Positions 46,137 through 64,000 of a stretch of 64,000 nucleotides of DNA are shown here, one piece after another. The stretch's first letter is position 1. Each line of letters starts with the position of its first letter. The notes below the pieces were generated by a model that ran no database searches, was not told the DNA's origin, and was given only the letters and a program-made list of their open reading frames with translations. A program made the translations under genes and the position numbers. Source of the DNA: Cycas panzhihuaensis (Eukaryota > Plantae > Cycadophyta); the NCBI GenBank assembly GCA_023213395.1, contig CM041465.1:221409741-221473740 (forward strand), written 5' to 3'.

Positions 46137-46968
46137 TTTCTACCAATCACTTAAGGGGACTTTAGAAGAATACTAACCATATCCTCTTGGTTAGCAAATT
46201 TGAACAAGATGCAACCCCTTAGAAGGCCCATCACCTAAACTAGTTTTCTAGTCTTTTACTTAGATCTAATCCAGGATCTTAACATATTAAGCCTAGGCTT
46301 AGGTCATAAGAACCTACCTACAAGGTTGTTTTCCTAATGTTTTCTGGTTCTCTATAATATCTTCTCGGGCTTGTAAATAGGTCCTTCCCTGAGAGGTAAT
46401 TTAGGTTTGGTTATGTATTCTAGTTGCTCCCTCCATCATTATTTTAACAAGTCATAAAGAACAATAAAACACATCCATGCATAGCTTAATAAGATTCATA
46501 GAGCTCTCACCCAATACATAGAGGTTCTAGGGCATTACCAGCCTTTGGTTTGAGTGCTCCACTTGTAAAAATCTGCCTATAATGTCCTTACATGCAGCTC
46601 CTCAAAGCATCAATGATCATTTTCCTCCCTGACTGAGACTCTTCCAACCATTAAGTACTTAGTCCCTTATCGTCATTGGATTATTCAAAATTAGGGGTCA
46701 CGTTCCTTCGAATACCCCTTTGGATAGACTATGACATTGTCCCTGTGCGCCGCATGGCTCCATATTTCCCAATTTGTACATGATTAAGGATTGTTCATGA
46801 ACCTTCAAACAAGGGTATCCATTGTTCTTCACATCTCTATAGGACACCTTGCACCATCGCACCCTTCTGAGGTCTCTCAATGGCTTCTGCATTCTCTCCA
46901 ATAGCCTACAATGATGATGTTGCCACCTCAAACCCTGGTAGAGTTGCGTAGACAATTTACCAAATAGG

Positions 46969-52582
<5,614 letters not shown>

Positions 52583-53789
52583 CAATGAAAGAGCTTGGAG
52601 TACTTTCTGAAACAAAATTATATTATATATGATTTTTTAGTATATTTTATTTCAATTGCATAAGATATGTTGAAACATATAAGTGCTATACAATAATTGT
52701 AAAGGATTTACTTTTTTTATAAATATGTACTGAAACATAATTTATATTATGAATCACTTATATATAGTATTCAATATGCTAGTTCATAGGATAACTTTGT
52801 TATGACAAGTATTTGACCTAAGTTTACACTATATATTATATTATTGAATAAGTCTTTACTATTATTCATGAGTAAAAGAAACCTCTTTTAGAGAACATTA
52901 TCATGGCAATTGTTTGATACAAATTTATATACTATATAATTGTGTGCATATGTATGTATGTTAACTTGGCTATAAAATCCATATTCATTGATAAAAAATG
53001 GTAGATGAGCTTGTACCATCCGCTCAACAATTATTAGCATAAAAGAACTCTTTAGGGATATTGTTTGTTATATTTTCACTTCTCAAACTTCATTTAGGAG
53101 GTTATTCTATTGCATGATTAATAAATCAAGTTATGCATATTTCCTTCTAGGGCGATCTTAGAGGGATTCTGAAACCCAAATATATTAGGCCCATAAATCC
53201 TACCTATTATTTTAAATTGGGACAGATACTTCCTCCATAGAGCTCACACTAGAAAAAAACTGTAATAAACTCCATGATCTGCTAAATAGAAAATTTTAAT
53301 AAATAGAAAGAGCCTTACCTTAGATTCAAGTTTTGCAAATGTAGATCTATGCAATAACGTCGCCTAAAACTACATGCAATAGCATGCATTAGCATGTAAC
53401 CCTATTAGTAGAAAGGATATAGGAACATAGGTTTGATGCAAGGTCTTCTATAGTAGATCTATATAGAAATGACACATGCAAATGCATGCAATGACATCCA
53501 ATCTTGATTGCAGAAAGATGATAAAAAGAAGAGCCTTGTCGAAATAAATTCCACTGACAATTAAGAAAAAAAACCTGTAGGTTACTCTAGTAACCCCTCA
53601 ATGCCTTGTGAGAAGATGGCAAGAAGTAGAAGGTTAGTGGTCAAGTATGTCTGGAAATCTTTTCCAATTATCTATGCCCTTTGTCAAATTTTTTTACATC
53701 CATTGTCTGTCAATCTATAGCCATATCAACCTTAACTTGGCACTTGTCTCTTAAACCCTGAAGGGGAATGAGTATTTCGAGTGTGAAGA

Positions 53790-56700
53790 TGTTACCACAG
53801 AGTTGCAATGGCGACTGAACTAGTCTTGGCCGTCTTTGGCTCCCTATGAGCAGGCGGTCATCGCCTTCGTCCGATTATCGCCTTTGTTTATTCATCTCCC
53901 ACTCTCACAAGATGTTCAACTTCTTAGGCTCAAGCCCTGTAACATGATAATCGAGAAAATTTGACTAATAAGGAACTCCTTAATGTTGGGTGTAACACCC
54001 AATTATATAATTGTCCCTACCTACCCTCTCCCCACATTTATTTGTATTATTATATTTAAGGTTGTGAGCCACATAGAGATGTGTGCTACCTCTGAGATTG
54101 ACCAATAAGGGTTCTCTTATTAATGGTGAGCTTGTACTATAAGTATATACATCGGTTTTCTTTCTAATTAATGTTTAACCATTCTTCCTTCTCTTGTATT
54201 AACTTGTACATACTTCATCTTCCTTATGCTTTATTGGTGTATCATTCATTTACCATCATATTTCATTTCTTGTATACATAGCATATTTTTTTTAACATGG
54301 TATCAGAGCTTTGCATGCTCATTTTCTAACACTTAACACATTACCAAGAATAGTGGATTATGAAATAAATAACATTACCTTTCCAGTCGAGGACATTGAG
54401 AGCATCTGCGTGGAACTTCAGGCAAAAACACCCGTTGATAAATTCAATAGTCTTTATCCTCCTACATGGTCTCTAGAAGAATGGTGAAAGTAATTTGGGG
54501 CCCCATTCTCTCAAGTAAGATTATTTTTTAACTAGAAGGGAAGGATTCTTTAATATTTTATTCTTAAATACAATAGATCTGAAAAAAGTATTATATAGAG
54601 GTCCCTGGTTTATGAGAAATTTAGGTCTAGCTCTCCAACAGTGGTCCCCCATATTTGACGCGAGCAACCTAAGGCCTTTGAAAATCGCAGTTTGGATCTG
54701 GCTACCTTTCTTACCAGATGAATTTAAAGAGTGAACAATTAATCAAAATAGGATCTATGATGGCCAAGGTTATCAAGTTAGACTTAAACACTTTAGATCA
54801 TACCATCAGATGGGTGGCAAAAGTGTGTGTCGTGTTAGATATGACTAAATCGCTCAAAGAGCATCTATTTATTAAAGTTGTAAATAGGTCAATTAAAATT
54901 AACCTAGATTACAAGAGAGTTCTTTTTAGATATTTCACATGTCATAATATTGGGCATGTTCATAAAATTTTCCATCTATTCCAAGCTCCTCCCAGTTTAG
55001 ACCCTTGGAGAGATGAAGTTATCCCATACCAAAGGGCCCCTACTAAGCCAGACACTAATAAGCTCAATAAGGGGAAGGAGTAGTTGGTAGACAATAATCT
55101 TAATAATATTAAGGAAACACTGTAATCTCACACATAAATGGCCCCCCATCTCCAGCATATAACCTTACCTCAAGTAAGAGAAGAAGAAAGGTGGGGGACG
55201 CTAGTCACCAATCAAATGTGAAACAAAGGTAAAAACCACCTCATGAGTACTCAGTCTCTCCAACTAGACTTTAATGACTCTAGAGATCAACTTAAGAAAA
55301 GGTTGAAGGTGGCTTCACCTACCTAAGGACAAACATCTGAAGCTACTGTTATGTCCAAATCTGGACATCCTTGAGAGAATTTAGATGACATACTTATGGA
55401 GGAAGTAGATTCTCAAGATCATGTTCCAAAAACTCAATGGTTAAGATCACCTCATGTGAATACTTATCAAACTCAACAACATGTACCTAGCAATGAAGAT
55501 ATCCCACGCTATAGTTAACTCAAATCTTTAGCTCATATCAATCCCTCTCAACCAAATGGACATAAATAATATTTTAGCAATAACTTAGAATATTAAGGGC
55601 ATTAGTCCCCCCTATTTTTGCAAACGTATGGAGCTAAAATGTATAGTTTGGCATCATCATCTTTATTTTTTAGTTTTAATAGAAATTCATATTGTGTCCG
55701 ATAATGACATGAAGTACACTATCTATAGTATATGGCCTCGACTCAATGGAAAGCAATTATCCCAGACTGACCCATCAAAGGACTTTATATTTTATGGAAT
55801 AACTAGTGGAAGATACATCAGTATATTACAAGTCCTTTTCAAGACTGGTTATATTAAAAAATGGAGAAGGATTAATTTGCTTGTTGGGTCATTAGAGTCT
55901 ATGCCTCTATCGATGCTTAAGTTAGAAATGACTCATGGAAAGCTCTGGCAGATGCTCTTCATAATTATCATATAGAATATGACTATATTTTACTCCTAAG
56001 GGATTTCAATTTTATGGAATATCCTAATGATAAATCAAGTGGTAAATTCAAAAGAGCTTATCAAAAGTATAATTTAACTTTCACCAAACTTAAAAAATTT
56101 TAAGGTCTTTCTAAACTTCTTTGGAAGGGGCCTTTGAAGTTTACTTGGACTAATAATCAATAGAGTAGTAGTTGCATAGTAGAAAGACTAGACAGAGCCT
56201 ACATATCAAATTTACTCATCCATCTTATTGCCCAGTACCAATACATCTCGGACAATGTGATCGTGATATCTGATCATGTCACCATCAAAATCCAACTTTC
56301 CTCTAAGATCAATTATCCTATTATAGGAAAGATAAATTTTAAACCAAACATAAATTTACTCAATTTAGATGACTTTAGGATAACCCTTCAGTATTGGTGT
56401 AAAGAACTGTATACTAATACATATACTCTAGACATCCCTAGTGCTCGGTGGATGACGATTATAAAGGGTCTTAAATCTCACATTAAGATGTTTAACAAAG
56501 ATTGCAAACGTAAATTTGAGGAATGGAGGGAATCCTTAGTGGCCATCATCCGGGACTTGTAAAAGGAGTTTAAAGAAGGTAAAGGTTTGCCTGACCTTTA
56601 ATTAATACTCACTGATTTAAATGATCAAATTTTTCTTATGAAAAAATAAGAAGATGAAAAATGGAAAACATGATCAAATATTTAATGGAAACTCCATGCA

Positions 56701-59529
56701 GATTAGAATTAAAAAAAAATTCAACCACTATATAAAAGCAATGAATTACCAATGATCGTTAAAGTGCCTACAGGTTTCCCCTTCATAAATCACGTATTCA
56801 TACCATAAAATCTAAATTGAGTTTTACCATCACTTCAAAAGGATATGGACCACTTAGAGGTTTTCTCCAACCAGAGTCAGAGCTATTCAAATCATTCTTT
56901 CAAAAGTGAAAATTATCCTAGAGGAGTATTATAAGAACCTTAATGATGCTTTTAATAGATCAATCACCAAGGAGGAGATTCACAAAATTATGATGAAGCT
57001 TCCTAAAGGTAAATCTCCTGATCTAGATGGAATGCCTATTGAGCTCTTATTGACTATAGATTTTAAAAAGGTGTTGTAACTCTTAGTAGAAGTAGCAAAA
57101 AAGGTTCATTGGACATGTAGAATAAACTCAACTATTAATGCAGCCATGGTATCTTTAATCCTAAAAAGTGGTACTTCGTCCACCATCCACGAGTGCAGAC
57201 CTATAAGCCTTTTTAACACCTCATATAAAATAATAGCCAAAGTTCTAGCAAATCAACTTAAAGCATTCCTTCCTCAAGTTGTTAATGAAAATTAAATAGC
57301 CTTTATAAGAGGTTGTCATATAGTAGATAGCATAATTGTGATCGTTGAGGCTCTCCATACTATACGTACAAAAAAATAATAAACTACTCTGCTCAAATTA
57401 GACATCAATAAAGCTTATGACACTACGGAATAAGATTTTCTTCTTGTCATTCTCTCCCAAAAGGGCCTACAATAAGACCATATTAAATAGATCAAAGCCA
57501 TGATCTCTTTAGTTTCAATGACTATAAAAATTAATGGCTCAACTGATGGCCTTATCTACATAATTTGAGGAATTCACCAAGGTTACTCCCTATCGCCTTA
57601 TCTTTTTATAATTGTAATGGAAGGTCTCTCTTCTTTACTATTATGGCTCCAATCAATAGGTCTTCTCCAAGGAATTTTTATTGATGGATCAGAGATCACA
57701 ACGTACTAGATTTTCATAGATGAGACCATTTTGTTGGGCCACCCTTCGCATGTAGAAATCAGTGTCTAGATCCAAGTGCTCAATGTCTTTGGCCTTGTAG
57801 TAGGGATGATAATCAATCAAAGTAAATATAGTATTGTTTTCAATGAAGTAGATATATAGATGCAATCCACTTTAGTATTAGTTCTTAGCATTCTTATTAC
57901 CCCTAGATCCACAGTTTTCAAATATTTAGGCATCCCTATGGACCTCTCTAGATTAAAAATTTCTGACTAGCGCCCCTATATTCTAAAAATTAAAAAGAAG
58001 TTGGACTCTTGGCCTATTTGATCTCTTAATTTAGCAGGTCATTGGAGTTTAATAGAATCAACCATTTCCTAAATGCCAAACTATCTAATGTCCATTATTT
58101 AAGCACCTAAAGTTGTATTATCAATAATCTGAAGTCTTCACATAAGATTTCTACAGAAACCATAATAAGTTGATTTGAAGACTTTTCACCTAGTAAAATG
58201 GAGCATGGTATTGAATCACAAGGGTTAAGGTGGCCGTAGTCTTAAAGACCTTTTTATCGTGGCATATGTAAGAGAAGTTAAGTGGTTGTGTGACCTATAA
58301 AATAGAGAGAACGATAAATTGGCCTACATTATTAGGAGGAAGTATTATTTTATGCATTCTACTAAATATCAACTAGCTACTTCTAACTATCTTAACAAAG
58401 GATCTTCTATTTGGAATCATATGGTAATAGCTTGGGATAACCTCCACTAAGATACTATATGCTCTCTTGGTTCAACTAGCAATGAGGTCAATTTTTGGAT
58501 CAATAAGTGGTTACCTCCAAGGTTCTCCCCTTTAGTCAATCAAGAGGATTTTGCTCCTTTAGCTCAATTCTTCAACTCTTATAATTGGTATACTGTGGCC
58601 CAATTTTATGATTTTGATAAGCTATATTGGAAGGATTTTATTAAACTCTCAACGTGGCTCAATCTTTAACCTAAACCTTTATTTTTGCAAATGGCAGATA
58701 AACTTAATTTCTTCATGTGGAAAGTTCATCCTTTAATTGCCTCAAAGGACTTAAAGAAGGAGGAAGGACTCAGGTTCATCTCCAGGGGTTGAGTGTTCAA
58801 GTCCACATAATTTTATTACTTGTTACATAGTCAATAATTTCATCATGCTCAACCTCAAGTTAAATAGGGATGGATATGGTAGAAACAAGCTCAACTTGAA
58901 CATAACGTGCTTCATTAGAGGATCTTACATAAGGCTTTCATTTTTTAGGATACTTAGGATTAGTGGAATGTGAGTTGTCAATCATACTGTGTAGTATGTG
59001 GTGCTCATGATGATAGTTTAAATTACATCTAGTGGCATTTCCCTCCAGTCTAAGATATTTAGTATACTACTTTTCAGATCTTCAACTTGGACCAAGGCTT
59101 CATCGAAATTTGTAATGATCACTTACCTCTTCATTCTTAGTTAATCAAAGGGAGGTGGGCTACAACTTATGATTAGTTTGCAACTCACCAACACTTGATA
59201 GGCCTTTGGTTTCTTCTTCTTAAAACCACCTTGCATGAAATTTAGAAAATTTGTACCATAACTTATTTTAAAAAAGAGTCCCATCTTTTAATCAAACTTT
59301 TGGGTGTATAAGGAAGAATATTCTGTTATGGCTATCTCACAATCCTCACTTCATTTCTCTTTGCAAAATGCTAAGAAAAATCTACACTCTAATTTTATTA
59401 TTTTGAGCGCTTTGCATATTAAAGATTGGGCAAGTACACCCATTTAATCTCTGGGCCCTTTAGCTCCTTCTATTGTATTTAAGTTTATAATTAAATGATA
59501 TCTATTTTTACCTTAAAAAAAAAAAAAAA
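53790..59529 (+). mobile_element. LINE-D: heavily degraded L1-clade LINE of a distinct lineage
   Basis: ORF1 GPWFMRNLGLALQQWSP, VWIWLPFLP and a CHNIGH knuckle. ORF2 IT*NIKG (~55580), ERLDR, SDHV, KSPDLDG, RPISL, DINKAYD and a zf-RVT remnant (~58980-59045). Poly(A) at 59515-59529. The 5' boundary is uncertain. Confidence 0.88.
53991..54309 (+). mobile_element. Isolated LTR (53991-54297) plus perfect tRNA-iMet PBS
   Basis: TGTAACACCC...TTTAACA is followed immediately by TGGTATCAGAGC; no gag follows. Confidence 0.85.
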
Positions 59530-60879
59530 TCTAAGCTAATTTAGATAATAATATGATTAAGTGTTCTACAAATAAAGAGATGGAATGCCAATGTGACATT
59601 TTATTTATCATATATGCTCCCTGATCCTTTTTTTATAGAAATAAGGCCATTAGTATATGCTTTTTAAAATTAAAGGTCTTCTCTCTTTCATGTCTTAGAA
59701 AAAGGTTTAGCCTATATAAATAGATTTTTTATTTCATAAGAATTAGAAAAAGTGATTTGTATCGTATTATTCCAATAGAGGTTGTGGAAAATTACATTGA
59801 AATAAAAATAAATACATGTATCGATTTGTATGGTACAACAAAAAGAAAAAAAAGTCAAAGCAGAGAGTAGTCATTTACCCACATCAATCAAGAAGTTAGT
59901 AAGTTTTCTCAAAGATATAAAGGAGGGTGGAGTTCTATTGTAATTTACAAAGAACTAGGGATGACTTAAAATATTATAAGCATAATTGATTTGTAAAACA
60001 TTGAAGAGTATAAAACTAGAGGATAATTTTAAAATAAATAAAATATGTATTTTGCCATTTAATTATTTATAAGTAAATTTGGTGAATCTAAATAGTTTTG
60101 GAAAATATTATTATTTATTTAGGCAATTGTTTCAAAAAACTTTTACTTTTTACTAGATTCCTTTTTAAGGAAAATTACTTTAAAATAATCCATTACTAAA
60201 AAGTAAGACAAATTTTTTTAATTAGGTGATAATTTTGCTAATAAAATTAAATATAACATTAAAAAAAGAATGAAAAAAATGGATACGATATGAGGTCTTA
60301 TAAATAATACTTTAAAGGAAAACATTTAAGTGGTCTTTAAAAAGAAAATTATGATATTAAAAAAAAAAGATAAAAATAAACCTTAAAGCCCAAAATTTTT
60401 TGGATATGAATATCATAATGAAAAGGAAGAAGATATTACTTTGAGTATAAAAGAAAGCCCATACGTGAAATATAAAAGTGGCTCTAAGAAATAGTGAAAA
60501 TGTAAAACATGCTTATCTTGTTTATAACAAAGGACAAGAGAAGAATTAACAGGGGGAGAAGAGAAGAATTAACAAGGGTACTGAAAAATTTTGGGTAATT
60601 CATTAGAGCATCATACTTAATAAATACATATACATTCTTAATAAATAATGTCATTATCTATAATCAAGAAATATAAAGATCATTAATTTGGTTTTTTTTT
60701 TTTTTTTTTACGGTAGGAGTGACAAATCGCTTTCTACTAAGTCACACCCAAATATTTTATATATTTTGTGTATGAAAATGGGTGGCAAGATAGAATATAT
60801 TTATTTAAAACTTAACTCATTTATTGACCTAATTGTAATACGTGTGCCTAGATACTCTCAATGTTAAATAGTTGTGATC

Positions 60880-62500
60880 TATGTGGGTGGTGGCCGCGTA
60901 GAGGGGTCTTATATCCTATTCATGCAGCCGTGTCTCAAATTGTATCGTGGCACTGATTTTCTGTAATCGTAAATACTTGTAATTATTGGTGACAATGATT
61001 GACACAGCATTAAAGTAGCAGTCCGACAGAAATATTGCCGTCACGTTAGACTCTCGTCAATTATTTATTTATCTATACACGTAGATTCTCCCAATGTCGA
61101 CGACCCCACCTGCATATTGACGACGACATGTGTCATCGTCCCTTATTTGCCATGCGCCAGTTTTGCACCAAACAATAGTGAAAAGCCTCGTGAAGGCAGA
61201 GACCTTGAAAAGGTAATAAGCATTAAGTGGTCCACCTTAGGTGTGACCGACAGACAGAAAAGTGATTGACATTTGGCACAAATCATAAAATCACCTCCAG
61301 TCATCATAATTGAACCGGCAGCCCTACCGGCCACTGGAATTTTTTTGAGTCCTGGCCACTGTCGGCCCCCTCCTTTTTATTTTTTATTTATTTTTTGTTG
61401 TTTTAAGTTCTAATGCGCCACTTGGATTAGATTAATTATTATCGTACACATACAGTCGGATTTAAATCGGTCTTAAATGCACCCGATTGACCTTTTTAGG
61501 AGTCGTAGCTATGTTCAACAACAAGTGCTGCTAATCTTTCTTACAAGAGATTTCATTTCTTTTAATTTTTTGTTTTCAATTTTTCCCTTCTTACAAACGG
61601 CCTTTGCTATCCTTCATGGGGCCTTCTTTACCGCCCTCCATGGGACCACCCGGTTAATCCGTACAAACTATACGGGGCTATTCGACGATATCACGAGGTG
61701 CACGTCGTAGAAATGTGCCCTTCCGAATATTGTCGGTATTTTTTGGCCATTTGGCTTCAGATTTTGGAGTACCACGCTTGGCACAGTGCGGGGAGAGGGG
61801 CGGCTGATCGGCTATTTTGTGCGGCCGATAAGTGTCGGCACGGGGGTGATACTGAGCATAGGGGAATTATTATCGAAATCTGCTCGGCCAGATCGGCGCT
61901 TGTTGGTCGTCTGCCCCGTTACCGGTCAGCTGCCAGCGCGGGAAGAGAATGTAGTGATTTCCAGCTGCACGCCGCGAGGTCGAACCTCACAGAGATCAGC
62001 CTAAAATATTGCCGAAAGTTTGTTGCGAGGCTCTGTAATTCCACTACCAGGAAGCCGAAGGCAAAAGTAACATTCAAAGGCCCTTTACTGCTTGCTTCGC
62101 TCCTTTCCCGTCAATAGACGGCAAAGAGAATTCACTAAAATTCTCTCGAAATTTGAGCGTGATTAGGTTTATTCAACTGAAATTTCAAATAAAGTTACAG
62201 ACAATCCGTGTTTTTCTTGACGAAAACGGAAACTTTACCGTCTTGACGCAGATGCAGATGTCGTGAATGTAAAGATATTCAGAACTGAGAATAATTTTAT
62301 AGTGCGATATAATACGTTTATTTGATGCTCTGGATGGATGATGTTGATGCACTGTGCATACTTAAAATGACGTTTGCTAGATATCCAACGTATAAAAGGG
62401 TGCACAAGAGTTTCTGCGTAAGTTAATTCTCGCCCAAAGATTATTGTTTGTGATGTTTGATCCGTATATGCCTCTAAATGACAAATAATTTCTGGAATCT
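60880..62500. promoter_or_regulatory. CpG-rich non-repetitive region, putative promoter/5' end of a host transcription unit
   Basis: Abrupt rise in CpG density relative to the CpG-depleted TE neighbourhood; ACGT-core motifs; no TE motifs recognised. Confidence 0.45.
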
Positions 62501-64000
62501 CCGGATCTGAAGTTTTGGCAGAACATCATTAAGAAAATTAATAATGAGTAACTTTTTATTATATTTGCGATTAATTGAGCAAATCTTGAGGTTGGCTGCA
62601 GTCATCGCATTGCAGATAATCAACTGTGACTGAAGGAAGTAAATGTCATCGTAGAAATATCCTGCTTGTGCTGCAGCTTCTATGTACATACGCAGAGCTC
62701 TTATCATATGATGGTGAATTTGACTATTTGTCAGCTCAGGACTTTCTTCTGATGCAACTATATTTCGCCAGACTTCAGCGTTGTTGCTATTTAAGTGGTA
62801 CACTCTCTGGACGGTTGTTGTTTTTACATGGATATTACAGAATGCAATCTTAAGTTATCCAATTAATTATTATTTACATTGCGTTTGTCTTCTCCTTCAC
62901 CCTCCCCACGTTCGACCTGTTGCTATTGGAGGTGAAATTAACTATTAGACAGAACAAATAAAGCTGTTTTGTTTTCATCATAGCTTTTACTGTTCAGGAG
63001 TGTCTATTCGTGTTCAGAGGGCTACTCCAGGGAAGGGCTAGTGGTAAGCGGTAAGTGCTGTCCCGTGAAAGGGACGGGTTCGAATTCCAGATACTCAATT
63101 CTCATGAAATTCGTCTCGGAAATTAATAATGTTCTGCAGGAGCAGGGCCAGGTTAGTGCCCTGCTGATTTTGATCAAATGCATCTGCTTGTCCACGGCTT
63201 CTCCAGAGAAAGAGGGATTGCTATCTGCTGGCAATCTTCTGGTTTTCATCATGGAGTTTTTCTGACGTTTGATTCCATTTATAATGGGAAATTGCTTCTG
63301 TATGTTACAATGCCTGCATAAGCTAGAAAAGCTTCATATTGCCAGGAAAAGCTATTTTACTGTGGGAGAAACTTGTATTTATATTCAAACCGTATTTGCA
63401 ATTGATTGACAAATTTGAGTGATCTCCGTGAAAAATAATCACTACCGGATGACTCTGCCTTTGATTTTTAGCAGGAAAGTTTTATCGTTTAAAGCTCGAA
63501 AAGCTCAAGAGTTCGAATTTCTCCTTAATTCGATAGATAACTCTGGATATAATTTATTCATTCTTTCGCTGAGTGTTTTGCAACTAATTTATCATGGTTT
63601 GTTTTACCAAAATTGATTGCTAAACTTGGTCAAAACTAGCAGATTTGCTTGTTCTCTAGGAGGCGTGGAAAGATTTAAGCTGTCTTTTTCCTAAAAGAGA
63701 GGAAACGAATATATTTTGGATGTTTTTGGAAGATTTTGAACTTTTACCAGAATACACTGAAGTAAAATATGCTTGTATTAATTCCAATTGGCTGTTTTCG
63801 AGGATTTCACATTTTTCTTGATCAACATTACAGAGACTTAAGGTTGTTTTTCCCAAGATTGAAGACTTGAACCAAAATGCTGTTTAAGAAAATTGGAGGT
63901 ACTTCAATTAGGCTTTATGAGTCAGGGAACCACCAGACGCTGGCATGAAATGTGAAGTTTTGAGGGTTGTGGGAATGACACATTCAGATTTCCAAAAAAG

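Larger units (their letters stand above)
35973..46968 (-). mobile_element. LINE-C: L1-clade LINE (same family as A/B), interrupted by a Copia insertion in ORF1
   Basis: ORF1 starts ~46439 and is split at the GRK|A motif. ORF2 starts MKIISWNIRG at 39644 and includes RLDR, DLFKAYDRV and zf-RVT CVLC..ESVNHVLLHC. A candidate poly(A) appears as the T-run at ~35974-35985. Confidence 0.9.

Noticed and set aside
53712-53721. TSD for LINE-D (AATCTATAGC vs AATCTAAGC at 59528)
   Set aside because: Short, needs an indel, and could be chance.
53836-53848. miR160-like TGGCTCCCT
   Set aside because: Only a 9-nt match with no hairpin partner.
61143-63856. Short ORFs in the terminal unique region as protein genes
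   Set aside because: No recognisable domains; several begin at non-ATG codons.

Overview
AT-rich, repeat-dense plant nuclear DNA, probably from a large-genome non-angiosperm; the ycf4 fragment looks cycad/Ginkgo-like, but that is from memory only. No intact host protein-coding gene is recognisable. The window is a nest of decayed retroelements. There are four L1-clade LINEs: A at 7968-14367 (+, with TSD, poly(A) and RNase H), B at 18918-23178 (+, broken mid-RT), C at ~35973-46968 (-, interrupted by a Copia) and D at ~53790-59529 (+, a different lineage with no RNase H). There is also a full-length Copia with paired LTRs, PBS, PPT and a TTTCT TSD (40564-46136, -), several Copia relics, and a Tat/Ogre-type Ty3/gypsy (-) carrying an antisense PMD-domain gene. 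A plastid insertion contains the 5' half of ycf4. Three giant imperfect (TA)n arrays total ~10.7 kb, and the window ends in a CpG-rich, promoter-like region. The long Tyr/Ile-rich ORFs in the track are microsatellite artefacts. Most notable: (1) the three related LINEs A, B and C each carry a nearly open upstream reading frame separated from ORF1 by an AT-rich, GT..AG-bounded spacer, suggesting an extra ORF or spliced exon; (2) every long microsatellite array sits at a junction where the flanking sequence is broken and never resumes; (3) the gypsy-borne PMD gene appears to be spliced; (4) nonsense mutations show a CpA-biased deamination signature.
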